Notes: generated from the letters alone by a model not told the origin. A stretch of DNA of 32,000 nucleotides from Phycisphaerales bacterium (GCA_040399065.1 JBBASU010000004.1:47759-79758); one strand, 5' to 3'. Shown: positions 18,654 through 27,091, counted from the first letter of the stretch. Numbers and translations: made by a program.

Positions 18654-20033
18654 ATGGACGTTTTTGCACCGACGGTGCCCGCGAAAGACTGGCATCCTAA
18701 CTTCCGCCACTTTCTGCGAAACGAGAGCGAACAGTTCCGGCGAGTCATCTCGGGCTGGGCGGATGGATTTCAGGATCGCGATGGCAAGTTCGTCCGTGAG
18801 TTCCAGACCACCATGAACTCCTCGTTCTGGGAGCTGTACCTCCACGCGGCATTGAAAGAGATTGGGTACGTGGTCGATTTCAAGCACGCGGCTCCCGATT
18901 TCGTCGCATCGATGCCATCCGGATCTGCCAGTTTTGAAGCGGTGATCGCGAGCCATGCGGATGGATTCGCTCCAGAGTGGGCTCGTGACTATTCGCCCGA
19001 GATACCAGAAAAGGTGGACCTTTACGAGTTGGTTCGCTTTAGCGCGATCAGGCTTGCCCAGGCCATCACCGCCAAGCACCGCAAGTACGTTGACTCATAC
19101 GGCAAACTGTCCCATGTGGCCGGAAAACCCTACGTGATCTGTGTCGCACCCATGGATCAGCCGTTCTTCTTTCTGGCGAACGACAATGCACTGCGCCAAG
19201 TGTTGTACGGCTTCGACCGGCATCTGGTACTTCCGGATTCCAAGACGGGGGAGCTGCGACCAGTGGGCGTGTCACTAGTGGACTCCGTGACAAAGGACTC
19301 TGGGGCCGCGATTCCCGTTGGCTTCTTCCTAGACGATCGAATGAAGGAGGTGAGCGCCGTTCTCTTCAGCCAGACGTGGGCTGCGTGCAAAGTGCACGCA
19401 CTGAGTGCAGACGATGGCCGCAAGGTCTTGTTCCGTGCAGTGCGATACCAGGAAGATACCACACGACCTGAGCAAGTCGCAGTCTGGAAACCAGACTATC
19501 ACGAGAAGTTGCTTGATGGACTTCATCTGTGTCTCAATCCGTTTGCGGCTACTCCGCTCGATGTGAACGCGTTCTCCCGAGGAGAGATCGCGATCCATCG
19601 GTTCGATCCGACGACTCGGACATACGGCGTTCGTGCCCAGCCGGGCTTCCTGATTCAGCGGCAGTGCATGGTCATCAATGTCAAGGAGACAATCGACACC
19701 CCGACTCCGGTGGCTACGACACCGTTTCGAGCGCCGAAGCATCCGGATTGGCCTGAGGGTGTACTTCAACGAGTGCTTGGCGACGGTGTGCTGCACGAGC
19801 AGTTCCACTTGGCTCACTACAGAGGATGGACCCTGCTCGTAGCTCTGGACAAGACTGACCAAGACTGGATGGTGCAGGCGCTCACAGGGAGCTATTTCAG
19901 TGTACCGCAATACATGGAGGCGAATGGCGAGGAAGAGAATACCATGTTCGTCTCGCCCGGCTCGTATCTGACCAAGGAGGCGGCCCTTGCGGCCGCCAAA
20001 TCCGAGATCGATACGCGGGCTATGTCCGGTTGA
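18654..20033 (+). CDS. Hypothetical protein (459 aa) immediately downstream of brxL; candidate BREX accessory or cargo gene
   Basis: Long ATG-initiated ORF with protein-like composition. More A/T-ending codons than the housekeeping genes to its right. No recognisable motif. The segment YVVDFKHAAPDFV...SFEAVIAS is only vaguely nuclease-like because the lysine of D...ExK is absent. No Shine-Dalgarno sequence. TAAAAT at 18638-18643 lies 11 nt before the ATG. Confidence 0.8.
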   Translation: MDVFAPTVPAKDWHPNFRHFLRNESEQFRRVISGWADGFQDRDGKFVREFQTTMNSSFWELYLHAALKEIGYVVDFKHAAPDFVASMPSGSASFEAVIASHADGFAPEWARDYSPEIPEKVDLYELVRFSAIRLAQAITAKHRKYVDSYGKLSHVAGKPYVICVAPMDQPFFFLANDNALRQVLYGFDRHLVLPDSKTGELRPVGVSLVDSVTKDSGAAIPVGFFLDDRMKEVSAVLFSQTWAACKVHALSADDGRKVLFRAVRYQEDTTRPEQVAVWKPDYHEKLLDGLHLCLNPFAATPLDVNAFSRGEIAIHRFDPTTRTYGVRAQPGFLIQRQCMVINVKETIDTPTPVATTPFRAPKHPDWPEGVLQRVLGDGVLHEQFHLAHYRGWTLLVALDKTDQDWMVQALTGSYFSVPQYMEANGEEENTMFVSPGSYLTKEAALAAAKSEIDTRAMSG

Positions 20034-20433
20034 CTTGGAAACACGGTTGCCAGAGCGTTTGGGCACGAGTCGCGAGACTTGCCCCCTCTCCCGCTCCGAA
20101 TCTCACCCCGCATCACTACGAGTGGTCAGTGCGCCTGCGTTTCTCGCCGATCCTGTGCCATCTGCAGGGTGAGCTCTCTCGCTTATGCGATTGGCCCCGA
20201 ACGTGTAACACTCGTAAGTTGAGCTCTTTGGCTCCATCCGGCCTGGCTGTCCTGAGCCTGGGAGGCAGCAAATCACCGGTGGCTCAGGTTACCCAAGACG
20301 CTGCGGCTCCAATTCTAGTTTCAATGCTGACGCCAGCCTTCGACCTTTAACTTCGCGTCGTCCAGGGGGCGTGGTCAGTTCGGCCCATCTGGTCGGTGCT
20401 CTTGGCGGTGTAGAACTGCGCGAAGAAGGGGGC

Positions 20434-20461
20434 TTGACACGCCCACGATACATGCTATTCT
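20434..20461 (+). promoter_or_regulatory. Sigma70-like promoter (TTGACA - 16 nt - TATTCT)
   Basis: TTGACA at 20434-20439 and TATTCT at 20456-20461. The predicted transcription start near 20468 coincides with the 5' end of the riboswitch-like P1 helix. Confidence 0.4.
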
Positions 20462-20466
20462 CCGTT

Positions 20467-20565
20467 CTGTTGCATCAAGAGTACCGGGCACATCAGCCCG
20501 GTCGGCAACCGAGCCCCACAGACAAGGGGCCACGGTGCCACGGCCAAGGGGGCCGGATGTGGCGG
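20467..20565 (+). promoter_or_regulatory. Candidate SAM riboswitch (SAM-I clan; the architecture is closest to SAM-I/IV or SAM-IV because P2 lacks a K-turn)
   Basis: Helices read by eye:
- P1: 20467-20476 (cuguugCAUC) pairs with 20556-20565 (GAUGuggcgg), including G-U pairs.
- J1/2: AAGAG at 20477-20481.
- P2: CCGGGC-acauca-GCCCGG at 20484-20501.
- P3: GGCAACC 20504-20510 pairs with GGUGCC 20534-20539 and encloses GCCCC-N8-GGGGC (20513-20530).
- P4: CGGCC-aaggg-GGCCG at 20541-20555.
The order AUCAAGAG...GGCAACC...GGUGCCA matches the conserved SAM-binding core. metK lies downstream on the same strand. Confidence 0.55.
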
Positions 20566-20613
20566 TAGGGGTCGAGGGCCAAGTGCCCGAGATCACCTTC
20601 CCGCAAACCAATC

Positions 20614-20632
20614 GTCGCCCGTGTCGGGCGGC
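20614..20632 (+). terminator. GC-rich hairpin in the leader; possible expression platform (attenuator or SD-sequestering element)
   Basis: The stem gtCGCCCG-tgt-CGGGCGgc is followed by a pyrimidine-rich run (tcccctt), so the U-tract is poor. The CUCC at 20632-20635 could pair with the GGAG (20663-20666) upstream of the ATG at 20677. Confidence 0.25.
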
Positions 20633-20676
20633 TCCCCTTCAGGTCGGAATCCTCTGATGCCGTGGAGTTCACGGCC

Positions 20677-21351
20677 ATGAGCGATCCCTCTGCGCGTCCC
20701 TCCGACAATGGTCCACCCGTCCGTCCCCCCTCGCTGACCGCCCTGGATCAATACGGCGATCCGCCGCGGCTCACGGTCGGCTACCACCCGGCCTCTGGCC
20801 AGTGCCGGCTGCTGCAGGCCGACGGCACGGATCTGACATCAGCGAGTTCGTTCGAGAAGCTCCTTCCGCTCATCCGCGAACTCGACGCACGCGGCGGCTG
20901 GCGGGCCGCGCTCGACTTCGGCATCTGGTGCGCCGAGAACGCAGCATCACTCCATCCGGCGATCCCACCGTTCCTGGCCGCGGCCAAGCAGCTTCTCATC
21001 GATGAGGCCGCACGCGCAACGGTCAAGGAACTCCGCGAGAAGCATGCCCATGTGACGTTCGCGGCCGCCACGATCGGCCTGAAGATCGGTGATGCGAGCG
21101 CGGCATCCTACCTGGGGGCCTTCGCATGCCTCTCCAAGGAGCCGCGTCAGGCGGCGCTGGCCGGCGCACAGATGTACCTGGTCGGATGCGTCCTGTTCGC
21201 TCGCAAAAAGGCCCTCAAGGCCTCGCCACAGCTGCCGGTCACCGATGAAGCGGAAACGCTGGCGATTGCAGCGCTCGAGGCAGAGCTCGTCCGGCGGCTC
21301 ACCGCTCTTCCGCCGCATGCCGCGAGTCCCGATCAGATCACACCTCCCTGA
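20677..21351 (+). CDS. Hypothetical protein (about 224 aa)
   Basis: Strong G/C third-position bias in this frame. ATG 20677 is preceded by GGAG at 20663-20666 (the track start GTG 20662 lies inside that SD). Alanine-rich and probably helical. No known motif. Confidence 0.7.
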   Translation: MSDPSARPSDNGPPVRPPSLTALDQYGDPPRLTVGYHPASGQCRLLQADGTDLTSASSFEKLLPLIRELDARGGWRAALDFGIWCAENAASLHPAIPPFLAAAKQLLIDEAARATVKELREKHAHVTFAAATIGLKIGDASAASYLGAFACLSKEPRQAALAGAQMYLVGCVLFARKKALKASPQLPVTDEAETLAIAALEAELVRRLTALPPHAASPDQITPP

Positions 21352-21477
21352 ATTCGGTCGTTCTGGCGGTCCGCACGCCAAGCTCGACTCGATCACTTCA
21401 CCGCAGGTTCCGTTACTTCCAATCACGTCCACCACACCTCATCAGCCGCGCATCCGCGCGGCAAGGAATCGGTTCCC

Positions 21478-22131
21478 ATGAACACCACGACCTTTGACAT
21501 CGAGATCATCCCCGGCAAGACCATCGAGGCGACCAGCAACATCGACTGGTCGGAGGGTGCCCCGCCCTTCTACTGCCTCCCGCCCAGCACGGAGCACTGC
21601 AAGCCCGTCGCCCGGCTCAACTGGGGCGAGAACATGTACGGATCACTCACGGAAGACTTCTACCTCGTGGTCGATGACCCCAAGAACGAGAGTGCGTACG
21701 TCCTCTGGGTCGGCGACGACGGATCGCAGAATGACGACCACGTCGCCCGGCTCTGCCCCGCCGCGTGGTGCGAGGTGGTCTACCTGCCGGACATGAGCGC
21801 CGCGGACAGCCGGGCCTTCATCGCCGCGGCACTCCTCTACGCGTGGGTCCGAGCCACGCGGGGCGAGTGCCTCTACCGGGACGAGCCACCGACAGTGGAG
21901 GCGACAGCGGCGGAAGACCGCGAGGCGATCCTCGAGCCCGACGTGACGCGCATCGTCGGCCTCGCGCTCGCCTGCGAGCCCTACCTCGCCCCGGCACCAA
22001 GGCCTGAGGCAGACCCAGAGCATCAGAAGCGAGTGGGTCGGGCCAAGCCCGCACCGAAGCGCCCTTCGAAGGCCAAGTCCAAAATCTCAAAGACCAGCAA
22101 GCCGGCCAAGGGCTCTCGGCGTTCACGCTGA
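21478..22131 (+). CDS. Hypothetical protein (217 aa) with a lysine-rich basic C-terminal tail
   Basis: Strong GC3 bias. AAGGA precedes the ATG. The C-terminus HQKRVGRAKPAPKRPSKAKSKISKTSKPAKGSRRSR resembles histone-H1-like nucleic-acid-binding tails. Confidence 0.7.
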   Translation: MNTTTFDIEIIPGKTIEATSNIDWSEGAPPFYCLPPSTEHCKPVARLNWGENMYGSLTEDFYLVVDDPKNESAYVLWVGDDGSQNDDHVARLCPAAWCEVVYLPDMSAADSRAFIAAALLYAWVRATRGECLYRDEPPTVEATAAEDREAILEPDVTRIVGLALACEPYLAPAPRPEADPEHQKRVGRAKPAPKRPSKAKSKISKTSKPAKGSRRSR

Positions 22132-22172
22132 GCGGCACTCGAACGACTTCACCCCGCTCCAGGAGCATTCAC

Positions 22173-22721
22173 ATGCCTGACCCCCACATACCGATCGACC
22201 CGGACCCGATCGATGGTCTGCCGACGGCGATCCACCTCCGACTCCTCCAGCTCCAGCGCTGGGGTTGCCACGGTGAACTCCGCGACTTTGCGATCGGGTG
22301 TGCCCGCGCAACCATCTCCGCGCGTCCCGAGATGCTGCCGACGCTCAGGAACATCAGGAACGCCGCAAACCGAGACGACGAGTCCGCGCTGGCCGAACTC
22401 CACAGACGCCTGGGCGGCCATGGACCTTCGATCTGCACACTCGGCAAGCGGGTGCATCCCGCCGGGGTCGCGACCTTCTTCGCGGTCTTCGGTTGCACCT
22501 TCCCCGATCCGGTCGAGGCCGCCGCGCGAGCGTCTCAGTCCGAGCGTGACTTCTTCCGGTTCCTCGCCTCCGGGCACCCTCCGTGGCCCAGCATCACCGG
22601 CGACCCAGCAGCGGAGGCGGAGGGCGAAGCCATGGGCAGGCAGATCGACTACCTCGATCGACTCCTCATCAGCTCTCGCCCGTCCCGCGTGGACTCCGAG
22701 GACCCACCCGCACGTCCCTGA
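22173..22721 (+). CDS. Hypothetical protein (182 aa)
   Basis: Strong GC3 bias. It starts 41 nt after the previous stop. The short segment LRDFAIGCARATISARPEMLP resembles ALDFGIWCAENAASLHPAIPP in the 20677 ORF. Confidence 0.7.
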   Translation: MPDPHIPIDPDPIDGLPTAIHLRLLQLQRWGCHGELRDFAIGCARATISARPEMLPTLRNIRNAANRDDESALAELHRRLGGHGPSICTLGKRVHPAGVATFFAVFGCTFPDPVEAAARASQSERDFFRFLASGHPPWPSITGDPAAEAEGEAMGRQIDYLDRLLISSRPSRVDSEDPPARP

Positions 22722-22805
22722 CGCGGACCACTTCTGCTTCTCCCGTTCCTCACCGTGTTGATCCAGATCACATCGCAAGTCCCGACCACTTCCGAGAGGA
22801 CCACC

Positions 22806-23933
22806 ATGTCAGACATCTCCCAGTTCATCTTCACGTCCGAGTCCGTCACCGAAGGCCACCCCGACAAGGTCTGCGACCTCATCGCCGACTCCATCCTCGA
22901 TGCCCACCTCGAGCAGGACCCCTCCAGCCGCGTCGCCTGCGAGGTCCTTGCCAAGTCCGGTGATCTCATCCTCGCCGGCGAGATCACCAGCTCCGCCAAG
23001 GTCGATGTTGAGGCCGTCGCCCGTGAGGCCGTCCGCTCCATCGGCTACACCGATCCGAGCGAGCCCTTCAACGCCGCTGGCGTGCGCATCACCACGCTCC
23101 TCACGCTGCAGGCCGCCGAGATCGGTGACAGTGTCAGCCGAGCCACCGACAACGCGGCCGACCAGGGCGCTGGCGACCAAGGCATCATGTTCGGGTACGC
23201 CACCAGCGAGACGCCCGAGCTCATGCCGCTTCCCATCGTGCTGGCCCACCGTCTGGCCGCGGCACTCGCCAAGGCCCGCAAGACCGGCGAAGCCGCGTGG
23301 CTCCGCCCCGACGCCAAGACCCAGGTCAGCGTGCGCTACGAGGGCGGCAGGCCGGTCGAGGTGACCGACGTGCTCATCTCAACGCAGCACGCCGCCTCGG
23401 TGGACCAGAACACCATCCGGCAGTTCATCGAGCGCTCCATCGTCCCCGCCGCGCTCGACCGCTGGGCCCACAGTGGAGTCAGGCTCTTGGTCAACCCATC
23501 CGGTTCCTTCGTGCTTGGCGGCCCATCCGCCGACGCGGGCGTGACGGGTCGCAAGATCATCGTGGACAGCTACGGTGGCTTCGCGCGCCACGGCGGCGGC
23601 GCCTTCAGCGGCAAGGACCCAAGCAAAGTGGACCGCACGGGCGCGTACTTCTGCCGTCTCGTCGCCCGGGAGATCGTCCGTCGCGGGCTCGCGCGCCGCG
23701 CGGAGCTGCAGGTCTCCTACGCCATCGGCCGCGCCCGCCCCGTCTCCGTGCTGGTGGAGACTTTCGGCAGCGGCAACGCGGACCTCGCCTCGGCCTTCGT
23801 GAAGGAACGCTTCGACTTCCGCCCCCGTGCCATCATCGAGCGGCTGAATCTCCTGCGTCCCATCTACCGCCGGACCACCAACTACGGCCACTTCGGCAAG
23901 CCCGACCTCCCCTGGGAGCTGCCGGTGGCGTGA
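22806..23933 (+). CDS. metK: S-adenosylmethionine synthetase
   Basis: Hallmark MetK sequence: FTSESVTEGHPDKVCDLIADSILDAHL, GAGDQGIMFGYA, GGGAFSGKDPSKVDRTGAY. I prefer ATG 22806 (MSDISQF), preceded by GAGAGGA, over the track start at 22755. Confidence 0.97.
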   Translation: MSDISQFIFTSESVTEGHPDKVCDLIADSILDAHLEQDPSSRVACEVLAKSGDLILAGEITSSAKVDVEAVAREAVRSIGYTDPSEPFNAAGVRITTLLTLQAAEIGDSVSRATDNAADQGAGDQGIMFGYATSETPELMPLPIVLAHRLAAALAKARKTGEAAWLRPDAKTQVSVRYEGGRPVEVTDVLISTQHAASVDQNTIRQFIERSIVPAALDRWAHSGVRLLVNPSGSFVLGGPSADAGVTGRKIIVDSYGGFARHGGGAFSGKDPSKVDRTGAYFCRLVAREIVRRGLARRAELQVSYAIGRARPVSVLVETFGSGNADLASAFVKERFDFRPRAIIERLNLLRPIYRRTTNYGHFGKPDLPWELPVA

Positions 23934-23989
23934 TGCTCGGTGTGATGATCATGCCCTGCCAGCGAAGGCGGGTTCGTCTTCAGGCGGAC

Positions 23990-24018
23990 GGGCCCAGTTG
24001 CGGAAGCCGCATGGGCCC
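23990..24018. terminator. GC-rich hairpin between convergent metK and kinase genes (possible bidirectional terminator)
   Basis: GGGCCCAgtTGCGG-aag-CCGCATGGGCCC forms a 12-bp stem with a 2-nt bulge. There is no U-tract on either side. Confidence 0.3.
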
Positions 24019-24070
24019 GCCGCCTGCTGGTTGCTGATACGAGCGAGTGACCCCCTCCAGCCGCACGTCG

Positions 24071-26488
24071 CTACTCGAGGTCGTACTTTCGACGGAGCTT
24101 TTCCGCCTCCGGGAACTTGTGCCCGCCCACCGCCGCGAGCCAACGCTTCGCTCTCTCTCGCTCCCCCCGCATAGCGGTAAGTTCACCCAGTTCCAGCCTC
24201 ATTTCGAGCGAGAGGTTGGGGTTCGTCACTTCGCCGATCAGGTTCGCCTCCTCCCGCAGATAGCCCTCCCAGTTATCCGTCCTCAAGTGGGCAATAGCCA
24301 GCGTCGCGGCGAACCAGTTTGCCAGGATCGAATCGCTCCCACGCGCGGCGGTCTCGACGGCCCTCGCCGACTCCAGGACCTCGATTGCCTCCGAGTATCG
24401 TCCCGCTGCCATCAGCACGGACGCCTGATTGAATCGCGTCCGAACCACGGTCGGGTGGCGCTCACCGAGAATCTCTCGCGCTCTAGGCAGACGCTCATCA
24501 ATCAACGCCAAGAGCGCGTCGTGGCTCGCTCCATCGCGCGAGTGGACCAGAACCTCTCTCGAAAGCCCGATGTGGGCGAGGGGGCTTTGGTCACCGTACG
24601 TCTCAAGAGCCCGCCGCCGCGCGAGCTCCACCATCTCTACGACGCCGGGAAGCCCCGCCGACTGCCTCTGCTCCGCCTCGCGACGCATCAGTTCGAGGGT
24701 CGTCGGGTGGGTGGGTCCCAGGACCCGCTCTGCCCTCTCGTACAAGCCGGTGATTCCACCCGCCTCAATGGGAGGAAATTGCCAATCGAGATACACGGCC
24801 TCGAACCACTCAACAGAATCCGGGGGCAGCAGTGCCTCACTCAGCGCGATCGCCTCCTTCGACATCGCCTTGAGCCTGCCATCGTCTCGGACCTTAACGT
24901 CCAATTGCAAGCCCGAACGAACCAGAAGGTCCAGGAGTTTCAATCGCCGCAGCGACGGCCCTGGCTCCAGTTTCTCCAGCAACCCGAGCGCCCGCATTCC
25001 CAGCGTGTACGCCTTCTGACTCTGACCGATCGGCGCGTACGCCATCGCCAGTGTCTCGCTCAGGAAGAGCTCGTTCTCCGCATCCAGCGTCGAATCGTCG
25101 AGCATCCCTTCGACTTGTTCGAGCTGCTTCAAGGTCAGCGTCGTGTCCAGTCCCTGTGCCACGATCGGGTCAACGCCTGTCAGCACCGACCTCAGAATCC
25201 CCAGGCTCTGGAGAGCTCGCCGCTCCTGCGCCTTCGCCGTGATCGCAAACCAAACCGCCGCGCCGCTCCCTACGAGCACGCCCAGCGCCGCGATCGCGCC
25301 CGCGGCTACCGGCAGCCTGTGGCGCGAGACCCATCTCCACATGCGATACGCCCGTGCGGGCGGGCCGACCTCCACGGGCCTTCCGTCCAGGTACCGTCGC
25401 AGGTCCGCCGCGAGGGCGTCTGCTGTTGCGTACCGGCGTGCCGGCTCACGTTCGAGACAATGCAGCGTGATCCAATCGAGCTCGCGATCGATGCCGCTCG
25501 CCCCGGACGCGCCGCCCGCGGCCTTCGACGGCGCTCGCACGCCGCGCTCCATCACTTCCAGCACGCCCGCGCGGTCCTTTCCCGCCAGGTCCGCGCGCGC
25601 AATCGGCGGCCGCCCCGCCAGCAGTTCGTACAGCACCACACCGAGCGAGTAGATGTCCGCGCGCGTGTCCACCGGCACGCCCGCCGCCTGCTCGGGAGCC
25701 ATGTACTCCGGCGTCCCGATCCAGTGCTCGCCCAGCGTCAGCGTCTCATGGCTCGTGAGCGGCGACGCCAGCGCCTTCGCCAGACCAAAGTCGATGATCT
25801 TGGGCTCGGCGGCCCCCTCGCGCTCCGTGACGAGGATGTTCCCCGGCTTGAGATCACGGTGGATCACGCCGCGGCTGTGCGCGTGCTGCACTCCTTCGCA
25901 CACCGCCACCATCAGCGCCACGCGGTCCCGGATCGCCGTCCGCTGCGCCGTGCAGAAGTGCGTGATGGGCACGCCTGCGATCAGCGGCATCACGACGTAC
26001 GGCCGCCCATCCCGCGTGGTGCCCGCATCGATCGCCGTCGCCACCGCCGGATGGTCCATCAGCGCCAGCGCCTGACGCTCATCATTGAACCGCGCGATGA
26101 TCGCGCGCGAGTCCATCCCGGGCTTGATCAGCTTGATCGCCACCAGCCGCCGGATTGGCTCAGACTGCTCCGCCAGATGCACCACGCCAAAGCCGCCCTC
26201 GCCAATCACCCCCAGCAGCCTGAAGGGCCCGACGCGCACGTCTGCGTCGCTCCCTTCCCCAACCATCGAGCCGGCGACGCCCCCGCCTCCCATCAGCCGC
26301 CGCGGCAATGCCGCCAGCTCACGATCCACGTCGCTGGTATCGGCCGACAGCATCGCCTCAAGCCGGCTCGTGAGCTCCGGGTCCCTCGCACGCGATCTTG
26401 CCAGCCACTTCTCACGCGCCTCACCTTCCAGCTCGATCGCCTCGTCAAAGGCATCGCGGAGCAGGCTCGCTTCTTCCATTCGCATCAC
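24071..26488 (-). CDS. Hanks-type Ser/Thr protein kinase with one TM segment and a C-terminal TPR-like repeat region
   Basis: Kinase motifs: GEGGFGVV, VAIKLIK, HRDLKPGNILV, DFGLAK, YMAPEQ. A hydrophobic segment (LPVAAGAIAALGVLVGSGAAVWFAI) is followed by about 400 aa of helical repeats. The start is GTG 26488 or ATG 26485, after GGGAGGG. Confidence 0.95.
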   Translation of the reverse strand: MMRMEEASLLRDAFDEAIELEGEAREKWLARSRARDPELTSRLEAMLSADTSDVDRELAALPRRLMGGGGVAGSMVGEGSDADVRVGPFRLLGVIGEGGFGVVHLAEQSEPIRRLVAIKLIKPGMDSRAIIARFNDERQALALMDHPAVATAIDAGTTRDGRPYVVMPLIAGVPITHFCTAQRTAIRDRVALMVAVCEGVQHAHSRGVIHRDLKPGNILVTEREGAAEPKIIDFGLAKALASPLTSHETLTLGEHWIGTPEYMAPEQAAGVPVDTRADIYSLGVVLYELLAGRPPIARADLAGKDRAGVLEVMERGVRAPSKAAGGASGASGIDRELDWITLHCLEREPARRYATADALAADLRRYLDGRPVEVGPPARAYRMWRWVSRHRLPVAAGAIAALGVLVGSGAAVWFAITAKAQERRALQSLGILRSVLTGVDPIVAQGLDTTLTLKQLEQVEGMLDDSTLDAENELFLSETLAMAYAPIGQSQKAYTLGMRALGLLEKLEPGPSLRRLKLLDLLVRSGLQLDVKVRDDGRLKAMSKEAIALSEALLPPDSVEWFEAVYLDWQFPPIEAGGITGLYERAERVLGPTHPTTLELMRREAEQRQSAGLPGVVEMVELARRRALETYGDQSPLAHIGLSREVLVHSRDGASHDALLALIDERLPRAREILGERHPTVVRTRFNQASVLMAAGRYSEAIEVLESARAVETAARGSDSILANWFAATLAIAHLRTDNWEGYLREEANLIGEVTNPNLSLEMRLELGELTAMRGERERAKRWLAAVGGHKFPEAEKLRRKYDLE

Positions 26489-26521
26489 ATCGCCCTCCCG
26501 AGGCCAGCGTTGTCGCTCGCA

Positions 26522-27091
26522 TCACTTCTGCGGCTTGGGAAGCTTGGAAGCCAGCCATCGGCGCGCAAAGTCCAGGTCACGCTGCGCCGTGCGCTCGCTG
26601 ATTGAGAGGAGCTCCCCCACGCGCGCGAGCCCGATCCCGCACGCATGGTGCAGCAGCAGCACATCCGCCGCGCGAGGGGAAGACTCTGAGAGCTCAAGCA
26701 GCGCCTCGCGCAGTGGCTCGTCATCCTCCGGGCTGCGACCCTGACCAGCGTTGTCACCGTTCGAACCTCCCGCCGCACCACCGTGCCCATTCTCTCCAAT
26801 CTCTCCATTCACATCACGCGCCACCGCGGCCTCACGCCGCTTGCGAGCTGCGTCCTGTCGATGCCGATCGATGACGCCCCACGGCATCATCTGAATCGCC
26901 ACGCCCACCACGGCCTCCTCCGTCCGAGGCGGGCTCGGCAGCCGCAGCACACGGAGCACCGTCTCCTGTACTAACGAACTCGGCGACACCACGCCGCCAC
27001 TCCTGGCCGCAGCAATCCGCTGCAGCTGCGGGTAGACCCGCGCCAGAATGTCGGACAACCCACCCGAATCGCCCACAGGCACGCCCGACAT
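26522..27091 (-). CDS. ECF-type RNA polymerase sigma factor (the kinase-linked ECF group typical of Planctomycetota and Acidobacteriota)
   Basis: Region 2-like LVQETVLRVL and region 4.2 HTH GIGLARVGELLSISERTAQRDLDFARRWL. It ends 33 nt upstream of the kinase start on the same strand. I prefer ATG 27091 (MSGVPVGD...); the track start at 27142 is a GTG. Confidence 0.85.
   Translation of the reverse strand: MSGVPVGDSGGLSDILARVYPQLQRIAAARSGGVVSPSSLVQETVLRVLRLPSPPRTEEAVVGVAIQMMPWGVIDRHRQDAARKRREAAVARDVNGEIGENGHGGAAGGSNGDNAGQGRSPEDDEPLREALLELSESSPRAADVLLLHHACGIGLARVGELLSISERTAQRDLDFARRWLASKLPKPQK

Noticed and set aside
20030-20350. 106-aa + strand ORF in the gap after the 459-aa gene
   Set aside because: It has no RBS, odd composition and no GC3 bias, so I consider the region non-coding.
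20637-20655. GGTCGGAATCC resembles a tRNA T-loop (GGTTCGAATCC)
   Set aside because: The flanking sequence cannot form a T-stem, acceptor stem or anticodon arm, so there is no cloverleaf.
24047-26605. 852-aa ORF on the + strand
   Set aside because: It is exactly antisense to the Ser/Thr kinase gene. The product is extremely R/P/Q-rich with no motifs. This is a typical shadow ORF of a high-GC gene.
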